A DNA stretch of 63,703 bases, the filler included, from Octopus bimaculoides (Eukaryota): the NCBI RefSeq assembly GCF_001194135.2. It is 5 parts of 3 records of this genome, joined end to end, with 100 filler letters (N's around TTAATTAATTAA, not from the genome) between each part and the next. Parts side by side here need not be neighbours in the genome. Positions count along the whole stretch, not along the records: positions 37,535 to 53,499 come from NC_068999.1; positions 53,600 to 56,853 come from NC_068999.1; positions 56,954 to 63,703 come from NC_068998.1; 2 more parts are not named here. One strand, 5' to 3'. Positions 51,075-63,669 of this stretch are shown piece by piece. The notes under the pieces were generated by a model. That model saw only the letters and a list, made by a program, of their open reading frames with translations, did not search any database and had not been told where the DNA came from. The stretch's first letter is position 1. Each line of letters starts with the position of its first letter. The position numbers were made by a program, and so were the translations under genes.

Positions 51075-53065
51075 CATGCATCATCATCATCGTTTAACGT
51101 CCATTTTCCATGCTGTCATGGGTTGGATGGTTCGACTGCGGTCTGGGAAGCCAGGAGGCTGCACCAGTTACAGCTGTGAACTCACTTTATTTGCCGGGTC
51201 TTCACAGTCACAGCATATCTCCAGAGGTCTCAGTCTTTTGTTATTGCCTTTGTGAGGCCCAACGTTTGAAGGTCATGCTTCATCACCTCATCCTATGTCT
51301 TCCTGGTTCTCCATCTACCCCAAATTCCTTCCACTGTTTGGGAATGGCACTTCTTCACATAGATCTCATCCATCCGTAGTACATGACCATACCAATGTGA
51401 ACGTCTCTCTTGCACGCCACATCTGATGCGTCTTATGTCCAACATTTCTCTCTGGGTGCTCACACTCTGTTGTGTGTGCATCCAGCGGATCATGCTAGCT
51501 TCATTTCTTTTGAGCCTACGCATGTCGTCCACAGTCACGGCCCATGTTTCACTGCTGTGAATGAAGCATGGTGGTTCACACACATGCATCATACAGTCTA
51601 CTTTTCACTTTGAGCAAGAGGCCCTTTGTCACCAGTAGGGGTAGGAGCTTTCTGAACTTTGCCCAGGAAATTCTTATTCCAGTGGTAACACTCTCTGAGC
51701 ATCCACCCCCACTACAGACTTGGTCACCTAGGTAGCAGAAGCTACCAACTACTTCTAGTTTCTCCCCCTGGCATGTGATGGAATCTGTTTTCTGAGCATC
51801 TCTGGTGTTTATTACCCCTGTGCATCTGCCACACATGAAAGCTATCTTCCCTGTTAACCTTCCTTTGATGTTGCTGCACCTCTTATGTGTCCATAGCTTA
51901 CACTGGGTACATCTTATGGAGTTTCTACCTACACTTTTTCTACAGATTGAGCAGGGCCATCTACCTGAAGGCGTGTGTGATGTGTTCGCCTTTCTACTTA
52001 CTAGAACTTTGATCTTTGCAACATTGACTCTAAGGCCCTTCAATTCTAAACCTTGCTTCCACACCTGACATTTCTTCTCTAGTTCTGGTAGTAATTCTGC
52101 TATAAGGTCTGATCATCAGCATAGAGGAGTTCCCATTGGCAACCTGTCTTGAATTCCTCTATTATTGCCTGGAGGACTATGATGAATAAGAGGGGGCTGA
52201 GGGCTGACCCTTGGTGGACCCCTACTTCTACCCGGAATTCTTCACTATGCTCATTTCCAATCCTAACCCTACTAATGGCATCTCTGTATAGAGCCTGTAC
52301 AGCTCCACCAGATAAAGGATTGGGAGACCCTGTCAAAGGCTTTCTCCAAGTCCACAAAAGCCAAATATAGGGTTTTGTCTTTGGCTAGGTATTTCTCCTG
52401 CATCTCATCTAAACAGACTCTCTCCCTAATTAGTTGGGCTATGACCCTCTCCGTGACCTTCATCACCTGATCCAGCAGTTTGATACCCCTGTAGTTATTT
52501 CTATCTAAAGCATCACCATTACCCTTGTAGCAGTTGACTATGGTGCTGTTATGCCAGTCATTGGGTATGACTACATCATGAACTACCTGGTTTACAATGC
52601 GGGTGACTAGGCCATAGCCCACGCCACCAGGTGTTTTAAGCATATCAGCAGTGATTCCTGATGGGCCGGGGGGCTTTTTCTTGCTTCATACCCTTAATTG
52701 CTTTATCTACCAGGGTGCTGTCTATTCGGATAACTGGTGCCTCTACTGGATCAACATTTGGCAGGCTCTTCTCATCCCATTCATTCTTCATGTTCAGCAG
52801 TCTTTCATAATGGCTCATCCAAGCCTCTTTCTTTTCTGAACCATTAAAAGCAAGTGGACCATCATCCATGTGGACACATTTCTCTCCTGTGACATCATAA
52901 TTTTCTCTCACACACTGCCTTGCAATCCCGTATATTTCGGTTCTTTGGTCCTCACGTCACTGGACATTGGTAAACTACTTCTTTTCTGCTTCGCCCTTGG
53001 CTATGTATACCTGTCGCCCAGCCTCCATTTTGGCTGTCTGGTACAGTTCTCTGCTACCCCTACGT
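51075..53065 (-). mobile_element. Degenerate RTE-clade LINE (RT + 3'UTR)
   Basis: Minus ORFs YRGIKLLDQVMK, AFVDLEKAFDRV, GVHQGSALSPLLF...LLYADD, KGLKVNVAK; same family as 4841-7713. Confidence 0.95.
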
Positions 53066-53244
53066 GCATACATACATACACAGGTACATACATGCATACA
53101 CAGGTTTAGTTCACTGGTGATCTAAACGAATAGGTACGTTGTGTAAGTGCTATAATTGATCATCCGTTACATTCCAAGTTCACAGTTGAAGCTGGAGCTA
53201 GGGATCCGTAGTAAGCTTCCAAGTCAACAGGTGTATCATCATCA

Positions 53245-53499
53245 TCATCGTTTAACGTCCGCTTTCCATGCTAGCATGGGTTGGACGATTTGACTGAGGA
53301 CTGGTGAAACCGGATGGCAACACCAGGCTCCAATCTAATTTGGCAGAGTTTCTACAGCTGGATGCCCTTCCTAACGCCAACCACTCAGAGAGTGTAGTGG
53401 GTGCTTTTACGTGTCACCCGCACGAAAACGGCCACGCTCGAAATGGTGTCTTTTATGTGCCACCCGCACAAGCCAGTCCAGGGGCACTGGCAACGATCT
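53245..53499 (-). mobile_element. RTE LINE 3'UTR (young copy)
   Basis: Near-identical reverse complement of 23230-23505. Confidence 0.85.
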
Positions 53500-53599
53500 N
53501 NNNNNNNNNNNNNNNNNNNNNNNNNNNNNNNNNNNNNNNNNNNTTAATTAATTAANNNNNNNNNNNNNNNNNNNNNNNNNNNNNNNNNNNNNNNNNNNN
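53500..53599. other. Artificial assembly spacer (44 N + TTAATTAATTAA + 44 N)
   Basis: Same structure as the other spacers. Confidence 0.9.
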
Positions 53600-53871
53600 T
53601 GTGTATGTATAAGTATGTATGTATAGATATGTAGTCATTTATTTATTTGCTTCCGTCATTTGACTGTGGCCATGCTGGGGCACCACCTTTAGTCGAACAA
53701 ATCGACTCCAGGACTTATCCTTGGTAACTCAAGTACCTATTCTATCGGTTTCATTTGCCGAAACGCTAAGTAACGAGGACGTAAACACACCGGTTGTCAA
53801 GCGGTGTTGGGGGAACAAACACAAACACACACATTCATGCATACATATATATGCATATAAATGTATATGTA

Positions 53872-53902
<31 letters not shown>

Positions 53903-54562
53903 NNNNNNNNNNNNNNNNNNNNNNNNNNNNNNNNNNNNNNNNNNNNNNNNNNNNNNNNNNNNNNNNNNNNNNNNNNNNNNNNNNNNNNNNNNNNNNNNNN
54001 NNNNNNNNNNNNNNNNNNNNNNNNNNNNNNNNNNNNNNNNNNNNNNNNNNNNNNNNNNNNNNNNNNNNNNNNNNNNNNNNNNNNNNNNNNNNNNNNNNNN
54101 NNNNNNNNNNNNNNNNNNNNNNNNNNNNNNNNNNNNNNNNNNNNNNNNNNNNNNNNNNNNNNNNNNNNNNNNNNNNNNNNNNNNNNNNNNNNNNNNNNNN
54201 NNNNNNNNNNNNNNNNNNNNNNNNNNNNNNNNNNNNNNNNNNNNNNNNNNNNNNNNNNNNNNNNNNNNNNNNNNNNNNNNNNNNNNNNNNNNNNNNNNNN
54301 NNNNNNNNNNNNNNNNNNNNNNNNNNNNNNNNNNNNNNNNNNNNNNNNNNNNNNNNNNNNNNNNNNNNNNNNNNNNNNNNNNNNNNNNNNNNNNNNNNNN
54401 NNNNNNNNNNNNNNNNNNNNNNNNNNNNNNNNNNNNNNNNNNNNNNNNNNNNNNNNNNNNNNNNNNNNNNNNNNNNNNNNNNNNNNNNNNNNNNNNNNNN
54501 NNNNNNNNNNNNNNNNNNNNNNNNNNNNNNNNNNNNNNNNNNNNNNNNNNNNNNNNNNNNNN

Positions 54563-54599
<37 letters not shown>

Positions 54600-54852
54600 C
54601 GGGGTTAGGGAGGGATATTGTGTTTCACATAATAAGGATAGGAAACAGACACACAGATGCATACTGATATTTTCACACAAACATACACAGAAACATACAC
54701 ACACACACATATACACATACACATGCATATCACATACACAAACACACACACACTTTTAGGAGAAAAAATGGTTGCACAGGTATTTTGCTAGCGAAAACTT
54801 TTATTTTCTTCCTGGTTTTTTGACTGTTTCACAAAGGCAGACACACAGACAG

Positions 54853-54891
<39 letters not shown>

Positions 54892-55194
54892 TATACACAC
54901 AAACAAACATACGCATACTAACACACACAAATACACACACACACAAAAACACATACACACACATGCACACACAAACACACACATGCAAAGGCACACACAC
55001 ACATACGCATACACACACACACACACACACGAACGAAGATAAATGTATGCTTCCGCGTGAGTTGGTGAAATTTGACTGTGTATATGCATGAGTGTGTCTG
55101 TGTGTGTGTGTGCATTTATGTGTACATTTATGTGTATATATACTCATACATAATGCATCTTAAAAATTTGAATACGCGCACACAGACATGTATG

Positions 55195-55710
<516 letters not shown>

Positions 55711-56783
55711 CAGAGGTAGTTTGTTAGAGATACAATCAGATGGATCAATGGTTTGTTGTACAATTGGATTCCATCATAATCTACAACACTTTGTAACAGC
55801 AGCAGTAGTAGTAGTAATAACAGCAGCAGTAGTAGTAGTGCTTGAAGCAGTAGTAGCAACAGTCTTACATAAGAGGGCTACGGTCACGGACTCTATCTCT
55901 CACCATATACTCAGATAAATCATTAACAAAAAAATAATTATGATAATAAAAATTGGTTTCCCTTCTTACCTTATCAAAACTCCGAAGTACAAATTTGCAG
56001 TTGTAGACATAAAAATCCTGAAGAAATCAAACGATACTCATTAAGTGTGTGTGTTTGTTCCAAAACCTGGCTTCAGTGATTCATAAGGACGTAACTGTGC
56101 CAATGGTTGTTTAGGCAGCTCTGTTGGTTGGGTATATATGTTCTCCTGGCAGGTCCTATCAACTTACGAATGTACCACGCTACTGTTCCCCAACGGAAAG
56201 ACAGTCTCGCCGAAACGGCGATCTGGTAGTTCGTTGTCTGTTCGCTTAGAGGCTGGAAGCTAAGCTAAACTGAAGAGTTAATCATGACCTGCCGCCCACC
56301 TAGCCTGGTCAAGCTAAGCCAAGCCAGTAGCGGGGACATCGTTTGAACGCTAAAACAAAACGAGGAAATAAAACAGGCGTTCGTATTCTGCAGGTCACTC
56401 GGAACCTTTCACGGCGTCGGAGTCAAATCCGAGCGACCAGTGGTTGTTAGGAATCCATGGTACAAGCGTTGCATATGAGCATCCAATAAGCTGATCGATA
56501 CACGTTTGGAGAAGAAGAGAACAAGTATTCGTAATAGGAGTCGTACAACTGTCTACTTAAAATGTGTAATTTTTTTTTTTTTTAATTAAAAACCAGTGTA
56601 AACTTGATCTTGACAGTGTGGAGCTTTTTATTGGGTCAAGAGTTCGGCGAAGGAAGCGGGACACATGACTTAATCTTTTCAAAGTATAAAGTATTGGACA
56701 TGTCTTGGCATGTTGGTGTTAAATAGCGACGCTTGACGTCGCCATATAGATATATATATATATATATACATACATATATATAC

Positions 56784-56853
<70 letters not shown>

Positions 56854-56953
56854 NNNNNNNNNNNNNNNNNNNNNNNNNNNNNNNNNNNNNNNNNNNNTTA
56901 ATTAATTAANNNNNNNNNNNNNNNNNNNNNNNNNNNNNNNNNNNNNNNNNNNN
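56854..56953. other. Artificial assembly spacer (44 N + TTAATTAATTAA + 44 N)
   Basis: Same structure as the other spacers. Confidence 0.9.
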
Positions 56954-58060
56954 GGGGGTGGGTGCACTGAAAGTGTAGCTGCTAGAATAAGAATAGCCTG
57001 GGCAAAGTTCAGAGAGCTCTTCCCTCTGCTGGCGACAAAGGGACTCTCACTCAGAGTAAAAGGCAGACTGTATGACGCATGTGTACGAACAGCCATGCTA
57101 CATGGCAGTGAAACATGGGCCTTGACTGCTGAGGACATGCGTAAGCTCGCAATGAATGAAGCCAGTATGCTCCGATGGATGAGTAATGTCAGTGTGCATA
57201 CCCAACAGAGTGTAAGTTTCTTGAGAGAAAAGTTGAACCTAAGAAGCATCAGTTGTGGTGTGCAAGAGAGACGATTGCGCTAGTATGGACATGTGGCGAA
57301 GCATGACCTCCGAACATTAGGCCTCACCGAGGCAATGACCGAGACCTTTGGAAATATGCAGTGTGTGAGAAGACCCGGCAAGTCAAGTGAGACCAAAACC
57401 CAAGGTCTCTGCCAGGGATGTAGCCAGCCCACTTATGCGTAACATTCCTTCCTTGGACACTAAACTCCTTTTGCAAATACCTGTTGAGGCAAGTGAAATC
57501 GAAATCGAACTAAATTTGACAACTGGCACACATGCCAACGTCTTCATTGAACACTAAACTCGGCTTGCGAAGACCTGTTGGGGTAAGCGAAAGCAAAATC
57601 GTGATGGCACCAGTACCAGTAAATCACTAAGAGCACCGTCCGAGCGTGATCATTGCCAGAGCACCAGCTGTCTGGCTTTTGTGCCGGTGACACGTAAATA
57701 GCACCATTTGAGCGTGACCGTTACCAACGTCGCCTTCCCGGCATTTGTGCCAGTGGCACGTAAAAAGACATTCGAGCGAGTTCGTTGCCAGCCCCGCTGG
57801 ACTGGCTCCTGTGCCGGTGGCACTTAAAATACACCATTTTGAGCGTGGCCGTTGCCAGTACCCCTTGGCTGGCCTTCGTGCCGGTGGCACGTAAAAGCAC
57901 CCACTACACTCTTGCAGTGGTTGGCGTTAGGAAGGGCATCCAGCTGTAGAAACTCTGCCAAATCAGATTGGAGCCTGGTGTAGCTATCTGGTTCACCAGT
58001 CCTCAGTCAAATCGTCCAACCCCTGCTAGCATGGAAAGCGGACGTTAAACGATGATGATG
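56954..58060 (+). mobile_element. RTE LINE 3' end (thumb + long 3'UTR with tandem subrepeats)
   Basis: KGRLYDACVRTAMLHGSETWALTAEDMRKL...QERRLR; 3'UTR with about 5 subrepeats; (GAT)n tail. Confidence 0.9.
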
Positions 58061-58139
58061 ATATATACATATATATATATATATATGAGAGACAAGTTGT
58101 ACGTACGCCGCTATACACATATACATATATATATATAAA

Positions 58140-60243
58140 GGTTATGAAGGGTATTGGAGCCAACCAAACCCTAAAGATACAGGTAATACCGAGTAAGTGC
58201 TGTATACCGACTAGTTTTGCCCCTGTCGTTGTAGCAACATGAGTAGGGAATATAACATAGGTCGTGTATTAGCATGTGTATGTATAAAGAAAGGAAAGGG
58301 TAAAGAGACCAATGGCAAAGTTAGAATTATATTTTATGGATAAAGTCTTACAGCTGTTTCAGGGAAAATCCAATGTATCCCCTCATCGGAGTCGGTAATA
58401 GTAGAAGAATGGATTATTACATCTATAAGAGGAGATTTGTAGTAAAAAGTGAGAGCAATGCGCAGAAAAAAGAACAAAGAAGAAACAGTACTTGGAGTGT
58501 AGCTCCATTCCAGCAGTAAACATCCATGTAAAGAATCCTTGTGGGTATTTTCCGGAGATAATTGTAGTAGCAAAGGTGGATATATATCACATCGTATCCG
58601 GAGTACGCTGTGCGTTGTTTACTCAAAGGATAGATGAGAGATGTGTGTAGGGTTAAGAGGTCAAGCCTTAAAACAGGAAGGAAGTGGGGGAAGAAGTAAT
58701 TCAAGTGAGAAATATGGTAGATAGTAGTAAGCAGTCGTATGGACAGTTATTCTGACAAGAAGGAAAGAGGAAGTAGAGGGAGCAAAAGGAAGAATGTGGG
58801 GGTGGAAGCATAAGTTTAGTAAAGAAATGTAGAGAGAAGGAATGTGGGGAGGTAATGTGGAGAGGTATTTATATTGTGTATAGTGTCAGGCTATGAAGGA
58901 ACCTGTAAGTGGTGAGTGTGTATGTGGCTTTCTAAGAACAGTATTAAAGGAAAATAAGAGAATAGAGTTATCATCATCATCATCGATGATGAGAGTTAGT
59001 AGTGATATATTCTAAAAATAGAGTTAAACCTATTTTAAAGATGGTAGAAGGGGGACCAGTTTGCTACCTTGAGTTGATTGGGGTTATCTATAGGGAGTTA
59101 TGGGAGGTAATGTGGAGAAGTATTAAAATTGTGTATAGTGTCAGGCTATGAAGGAACCTGTAAGTGGTGGTGGTGCTGGTGGCTTCCAAAGGAAAGTATA
59201 AAGGAAGCAAATTAAGAGAATAGATTTAGTAGTGGAGTTAAATCTATTCTAAAGATGGTAGAAGGGGGACCAGTTTTCTAAGTCGAGTAGGTTACCTATA
59301 GGGAGTTGTGTGAGTATGTTGTGTGGTCATTTGTGCATTTGTGTCTGTGATAGAATTTGAATGTATGGAAAAAACAGTGACTGCAGGTGCTAAGTGCTTT
59401 GTTATATCGATTAAGTAGAGTGGGAGAATTGTATTTTAAAATATGGAATGCCTCCTTTAAGCAAAGCTTGCAATTAGAGCGCTGGCCCTGGTATGGAATT
59501 CCAGAGTCCAGAATGGACCATTTTAAAGTATACTGGGTATTTGTGTTTTTGAGGTGGTGAATGTGGTTGGCTAGTGTTGTAGATTTGCTGTTTGTCATAT
59601 CTAAAAGAGTGCTAGGGCTGCATAGCGTTGCTTGAAGTTTCTAGTTGAACCTATGTATGCAGCTGTAGAGTTATGTAGCAGATTGGTTACAGTGCATTTA
59701 TATATTACGTTATATCTTACGCAATGCGTTTGTAGCGAGCAGATTGTCCCGGAGCGACAGTTACAAGTAGATGAAACTTGGGGGTTGTGTTCTGTGGTGG
59801 ATGAGGCAACATTGTTGGAGGATATGTTATGTGAGGATGTAGAAGAATCTAGATTAATGGAATTATTACTGTTATAGTTATTATTCCCTCCATTGTTATT
59901 ATTATAAGATATGGTAGTATTATTACCGGGTATACTAGTGGGCTGGGATCTATTATGGTCGTGTTCAAGTGTACGAGTGTCAGTGTTAAATGCACGTATA
60001 TGAAAGTCTATGTTGGGTATATGCATGCACTGAGTGCTAGTATTACCGTAGTTATAGTTGTGTGAGTTTTGATAATAGAGTAAAAGTTTATGTTTATTAG
60101 AAGTTGCTATAATAGATTCGAAGTTAGGTGTGGTTGAATAAGACAATTTCAAAGTGGATCTGTTAAATATAGAATGGTATTTGTTGTCGGGGGAAGTTAG
60201 AGTCAAGTATTTTGAAGAAAGATTTAGCTAAGTTCCTAGTGTT
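58140..60243 (-). mobile_element. Penelope-like element 3' portion: RT thumb/linker, GIY-YIG endonuclease and 3' terminal-repeat region
   Basis: Minus ORFs HSIFNRSTLKLSYSTTPN...CNCR...C...NVIYKCTV...YIGSTRNFKQRY and TTLANHIHHLK...KWSIL...CKLCLKEAFHIL...LLNR...TCSH; ~250-bp tandem duplication at 58856-59310; abuts (TA)n. Confidence 0.9.
58345..58393 (-). ncRNA. Candidate minimal hammerhead ribozyme (U4C variant) in the Penelope-like 3' repeat
   Basis: Minus strand GACU-CCGAUGA-GGGGA...UCCCU-GAAA-CAGCUG-UA|AGAC; palindromic stem III ACAGCUGU; sense orientation relative to the PLE. Confidence 0.6.
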
Positions 60244-61029
60244 NNNNNNNNNNNNNNNNNNNNNNNNNNNNNNNNNNNNNNNNNNNNNNNNNNNNNNNNN
60301 NNNNNNNNNNNNNNNNNNNNNNNNNNNNNNNNNNNNNNNNNNNNNNNNNNNNNNNNNNNNNNNNNNNNNNNNNNNNNNNNNNNNNNNNNNNNNNNNNNNN
60401 NNNNNNNNNNNNNNNNNNNNNNNNNNNNNNNNNNNNNNNNNNNNNNNNNNNNNNNNNNNNNNNNNNNNNNNNNNNNNNNNNNNNNNNNNNNNNNNNNNNN
60501 NNNNNNNNNNNNNNNNNNNNNNNNNNNNNNNNNNNNNNNNNNNNNNNNNNNNNNNNNNNNNNNNNNNNNNNNNNNNNNNNNNNNNNNNNNNNNNNNNNNN
60601 NNNNNNNNNNNNNNNNNNNNNNNNNNNNNNNNNNNNNNNNNNNNNNNNNNNNNNNNNNNNNNNNNNNNNNNNNNNNNNNNNNNNNNNNNNNNNNNNNNNN
60701 NNNNNNNNNNNNNNNNNNNNNNNNNNNNNNNNNNNNNNNNNNNNNNNNNNNNNNNNNNNNNNNNNNNNNNNNNNNNNNNNNNNNNNNNNNNNNNNNNNNN
60801 NNNNNNNNNNNNNNNNNNNNNNNNNNNNNNNNNNNNNNNNNNNNNNNNNNNNNNNNNNNNNNNNNNNNNNNNNNNNNNNNNNNNNNNNNNNNNNNNNNNN
60901 NNNNNNNNNNNNNNNNNNNNNNNNNNNNNNNNNNNNNNNNNNNNNNNNNNTATATATATATATATGTATATATATATAAATAAATAAATGAAAAAAAAAA
61001 CCACCCAGTACAATTTGTCTCAGCTAAAC

Positions 61030-62083
61030 AGCCCTTAATGTTTATCTTCGTCAAGATTTTACTTTATACATCCACTCAGTTGTTTATTCGTTCGAAGCCC
61101 TAACTGTCCACAAATTTTATATTTTAAAAATTCCTGGATGCTGCTGTCTTATGAAGTTTTTCTATTTTGTCATCAAAAGCATGAAATAGGGAGTAGTAAA
61201 ACAGTCGACAACTGACAAGTGAGTTATCTACTTTTGGTATTTTGTATGTACTCATCTCTAATGTGTTACGTATTCTTCACCTGCACTTATTGTGTATGTT
61301 TTGGTATTTTGTCCTGTACTGAAGAATTTTTTTATTTATTTATAATCGAATGCTATGCAGCCTTGTCCACAGTAAGTTCTTATATTTATATATAATTTCT
61401 GTAACTCTACAGTTACCTTTCTTTCTCTCTATTCCTCTATAATTTCTGTTTCTCCCCTTCCTTCTTTGCTGTCCTGTCTATCTTTTGTTCCTTCTCCCTT
61501 CTCTTCACTCACTTTGTTTCTTTCCCTCATCACCTCTCTTGTCCCCCTTCCCCTCTGCCTGTTGCTCACATGCGACTACAGGACATTTCTCTCGCCCATC
61601 TTTTCTGGACAAGATATCCACCAGGCTGGACGTCATTTCTCTTGCCTTCCAATATTTTTCTCTTGTTCTATTTTCTTCTCTTCTACTTATTCTATTTCCT
61701 CTAACAATTTCTCCCAGGCGTTACCCATTACAATCCATCTTGGCCTAACGGCCCTTAATGTTTTGTCTTTGTTGACTGTTTACTTTGTATGGCCACTTTA
61801 TTGTTTGTTCACTCGAAGGCCTAACTTTCCACAAATTTTATATTTTAAAAATTTCTGTATGCTGCTGTCATATGATGTCTTCCTATCTTGTTGTTAGAAG
61901 CACGAAATAGGGAGCAGTAAAACAGTTGACAAGTGGTGAGAGAGTTAACTTCTTTTGCTGTTTTTTCCTGTACTTATCTCTCCTGCATTTACATATTCTT
62001 CACTCGGTGATGTCCTCTACTTAACGTGTATATTTTATTTATTTATAATCGAACGCCATGCAGCCTTGTTCACAGTAAGTTCT

Positions 62084-62090
<7 letters not shown>
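61030..62090 (+). repeat. Two diverged ~350-bp direct repeats (61030-61385, 61745-62090) flanking a pyrimidine-rich ~360-bp spacer
   Basis: Shared blocks cccttaatgttt, ccacaaatttt(t)atattttaaaaa, gaaataggga, tttatttataatcgaa, cagccttgt.cacagtaagttctt. Confidence 0.75.
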
Positions 62091-62118
<28 letters not shown>

Positions 62119-62964
62119 AAAAGGAGTATGTGCTTTAATTTATCACAGTTCAACATATTCATTCATATTTATATAATGGAGGAGATTAGATGTTAAAATA
62201 GACTATTATAGTTTTTTTTTATTTTTCATGTTGCTATACAATTTGTTTCATACAAAAAGACTCAGATATTCGTAACAGAAAATCGGAATAGTCAAGTTTG
62301 TACTCATTTGTAGCTAGTATAAGAACTAAAAAAGATGTTAGAAGCACATAGATTGTCTCTTAGTAATCATATTGTATTAATGTTTGCTCTTGCAGTCATG
62401 CCTATTTTAAACAACTAAAGAATATATAATGGGTGCTAATATATGTAATATCAAAAAAGCTGACATTCTCTCCATGAATTTCTATATGTGTGTCTATTTA
62501 AAGCTCCATAAATGAACTTATATTAACTGGACAGGCTGTATTTGTATTTACGATGAGAAATCCAAATAAGAAAGTGAAAGAATTTTCAAATACAAATTCA
62601 GTTTTTACTTAACCGTCAATTATCCTTTCAACTTAAGAAATTATTAGAAAAAAAAAAATGTTTAATAGTATTCAATAATAATTTCAGGTTTATAAAATTT
62701 ATATTTATTGTAAATAATAGGTCTAATATTCATAGACAAAAATAAGTGTTATATGTTGTAATTAATTATCTAGTCACAATATTGGTATGTTTTTAAGAAG
62801 ATTTAGGAATAGATACTATACGAGTAATAAGGTATAAATAAAATTGAAACTCACTGTACTATACTGTGTTGCTGACGAAAACAAAATCAATGTGCATGTG
62901 CAGAATTAAAAATATAAGATGGCAACAATTTACCCATCATAACTTGTACATACATACATATATA

Positions 62965-63150
62965 AACCATGGCACTGTCAGTTACGACGGTGAGGGTTCC
63001 ATTTGATCTGATCAATGGAACAGCCTGCTCATGAAATTAATGTGCAAGTGGCTGAGCACTCCAGACAAGTGTCCCCTTAACGTAGTTCTTGAGGATATTC
63101 AGCATGACACAGAGTGCGACAAGGCTGGCCCACTGAAATACAGGTACAAC
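62965..63150 (-). mobile_element. Third SINE-like family (family C)
   Basis: cagcctgctcatgaaattaatgtgcaagtggctgagcactcc...aaggctggccc, recognised as a recurrent octopus SINE body; single copy here. Confidence 0.5.
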
Positions 63151-63443
63151 AGAAACAAGAAGAAAGAGTGAGAGAAAGTTATGGTGAAAGAGTACAGTAA
63201 TTCATACTGAGGAAGGTTAAGAGCCCTTGGGCAAACACCCAAAACCATGGTATATGAGCACCTGAACGTATAGGTATGCTTTTTAATTCTTTGTCTGTTT
63301 CCTCGCATACTGTTATTTTCTAGTATTTTGGTGCCTTCTGGCAGTTGAATTGAAACTTTAGCTCTAATCTCTCAATAGGTTGATGCTCACTGCATCCTTA
63401 AGGCTTTGTGCTAATTCTATATATATACACATGCATATATAGG

Positions 63444-63658
63444 TACAGGATGTCCCCAACGGTGCAACTAACATGAAATACGTAAAGAAGAAGAAAATGG
63501 AAAACAGGACAAGTAAACACAGTGAAGGGGCCCCTTCATCAGTAGTCGGCTGTCTATCTACTCTTCATTTCGAGCATTCTGTGTTTACTTGTCTTGTTTT
63601 CCATTTTTTTTCTTATTTATGTATTTCATGTTATTTCCATTGTTGGTGACATCTTGTA
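63444..63658. mobile_element. MITE-like foldback element with ~80-bp inverted arms and TA ends
   Basis: Left arm tacaggatgtccccaac...ggacaagtaaacacag versus right arm ctgtgtttacttgtc...gttggtgacatcttgta. Confidence 0.7.
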
Positions 63659-63669
63659 CTCATATATGT

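Noticed and set aside
56040-56560. rRNA or organellar insert
   Set aside because: I could not align any universally conserved SSU or LSU motif on either strand.
57610-57905. CRISPR-like array (palindromic repeats at regular spacing; also 13430-15310)
   Set aside because: Eukaryotic context, no unique spacers and no cas genes; these are LINE UTR subrepeats and SINE copies.
63515-63580. Minus-strand GAAA...CUGAUGA in type-II hammerhead order
   Set aside because: Stems I, II and III cannot be formed around the motifs.
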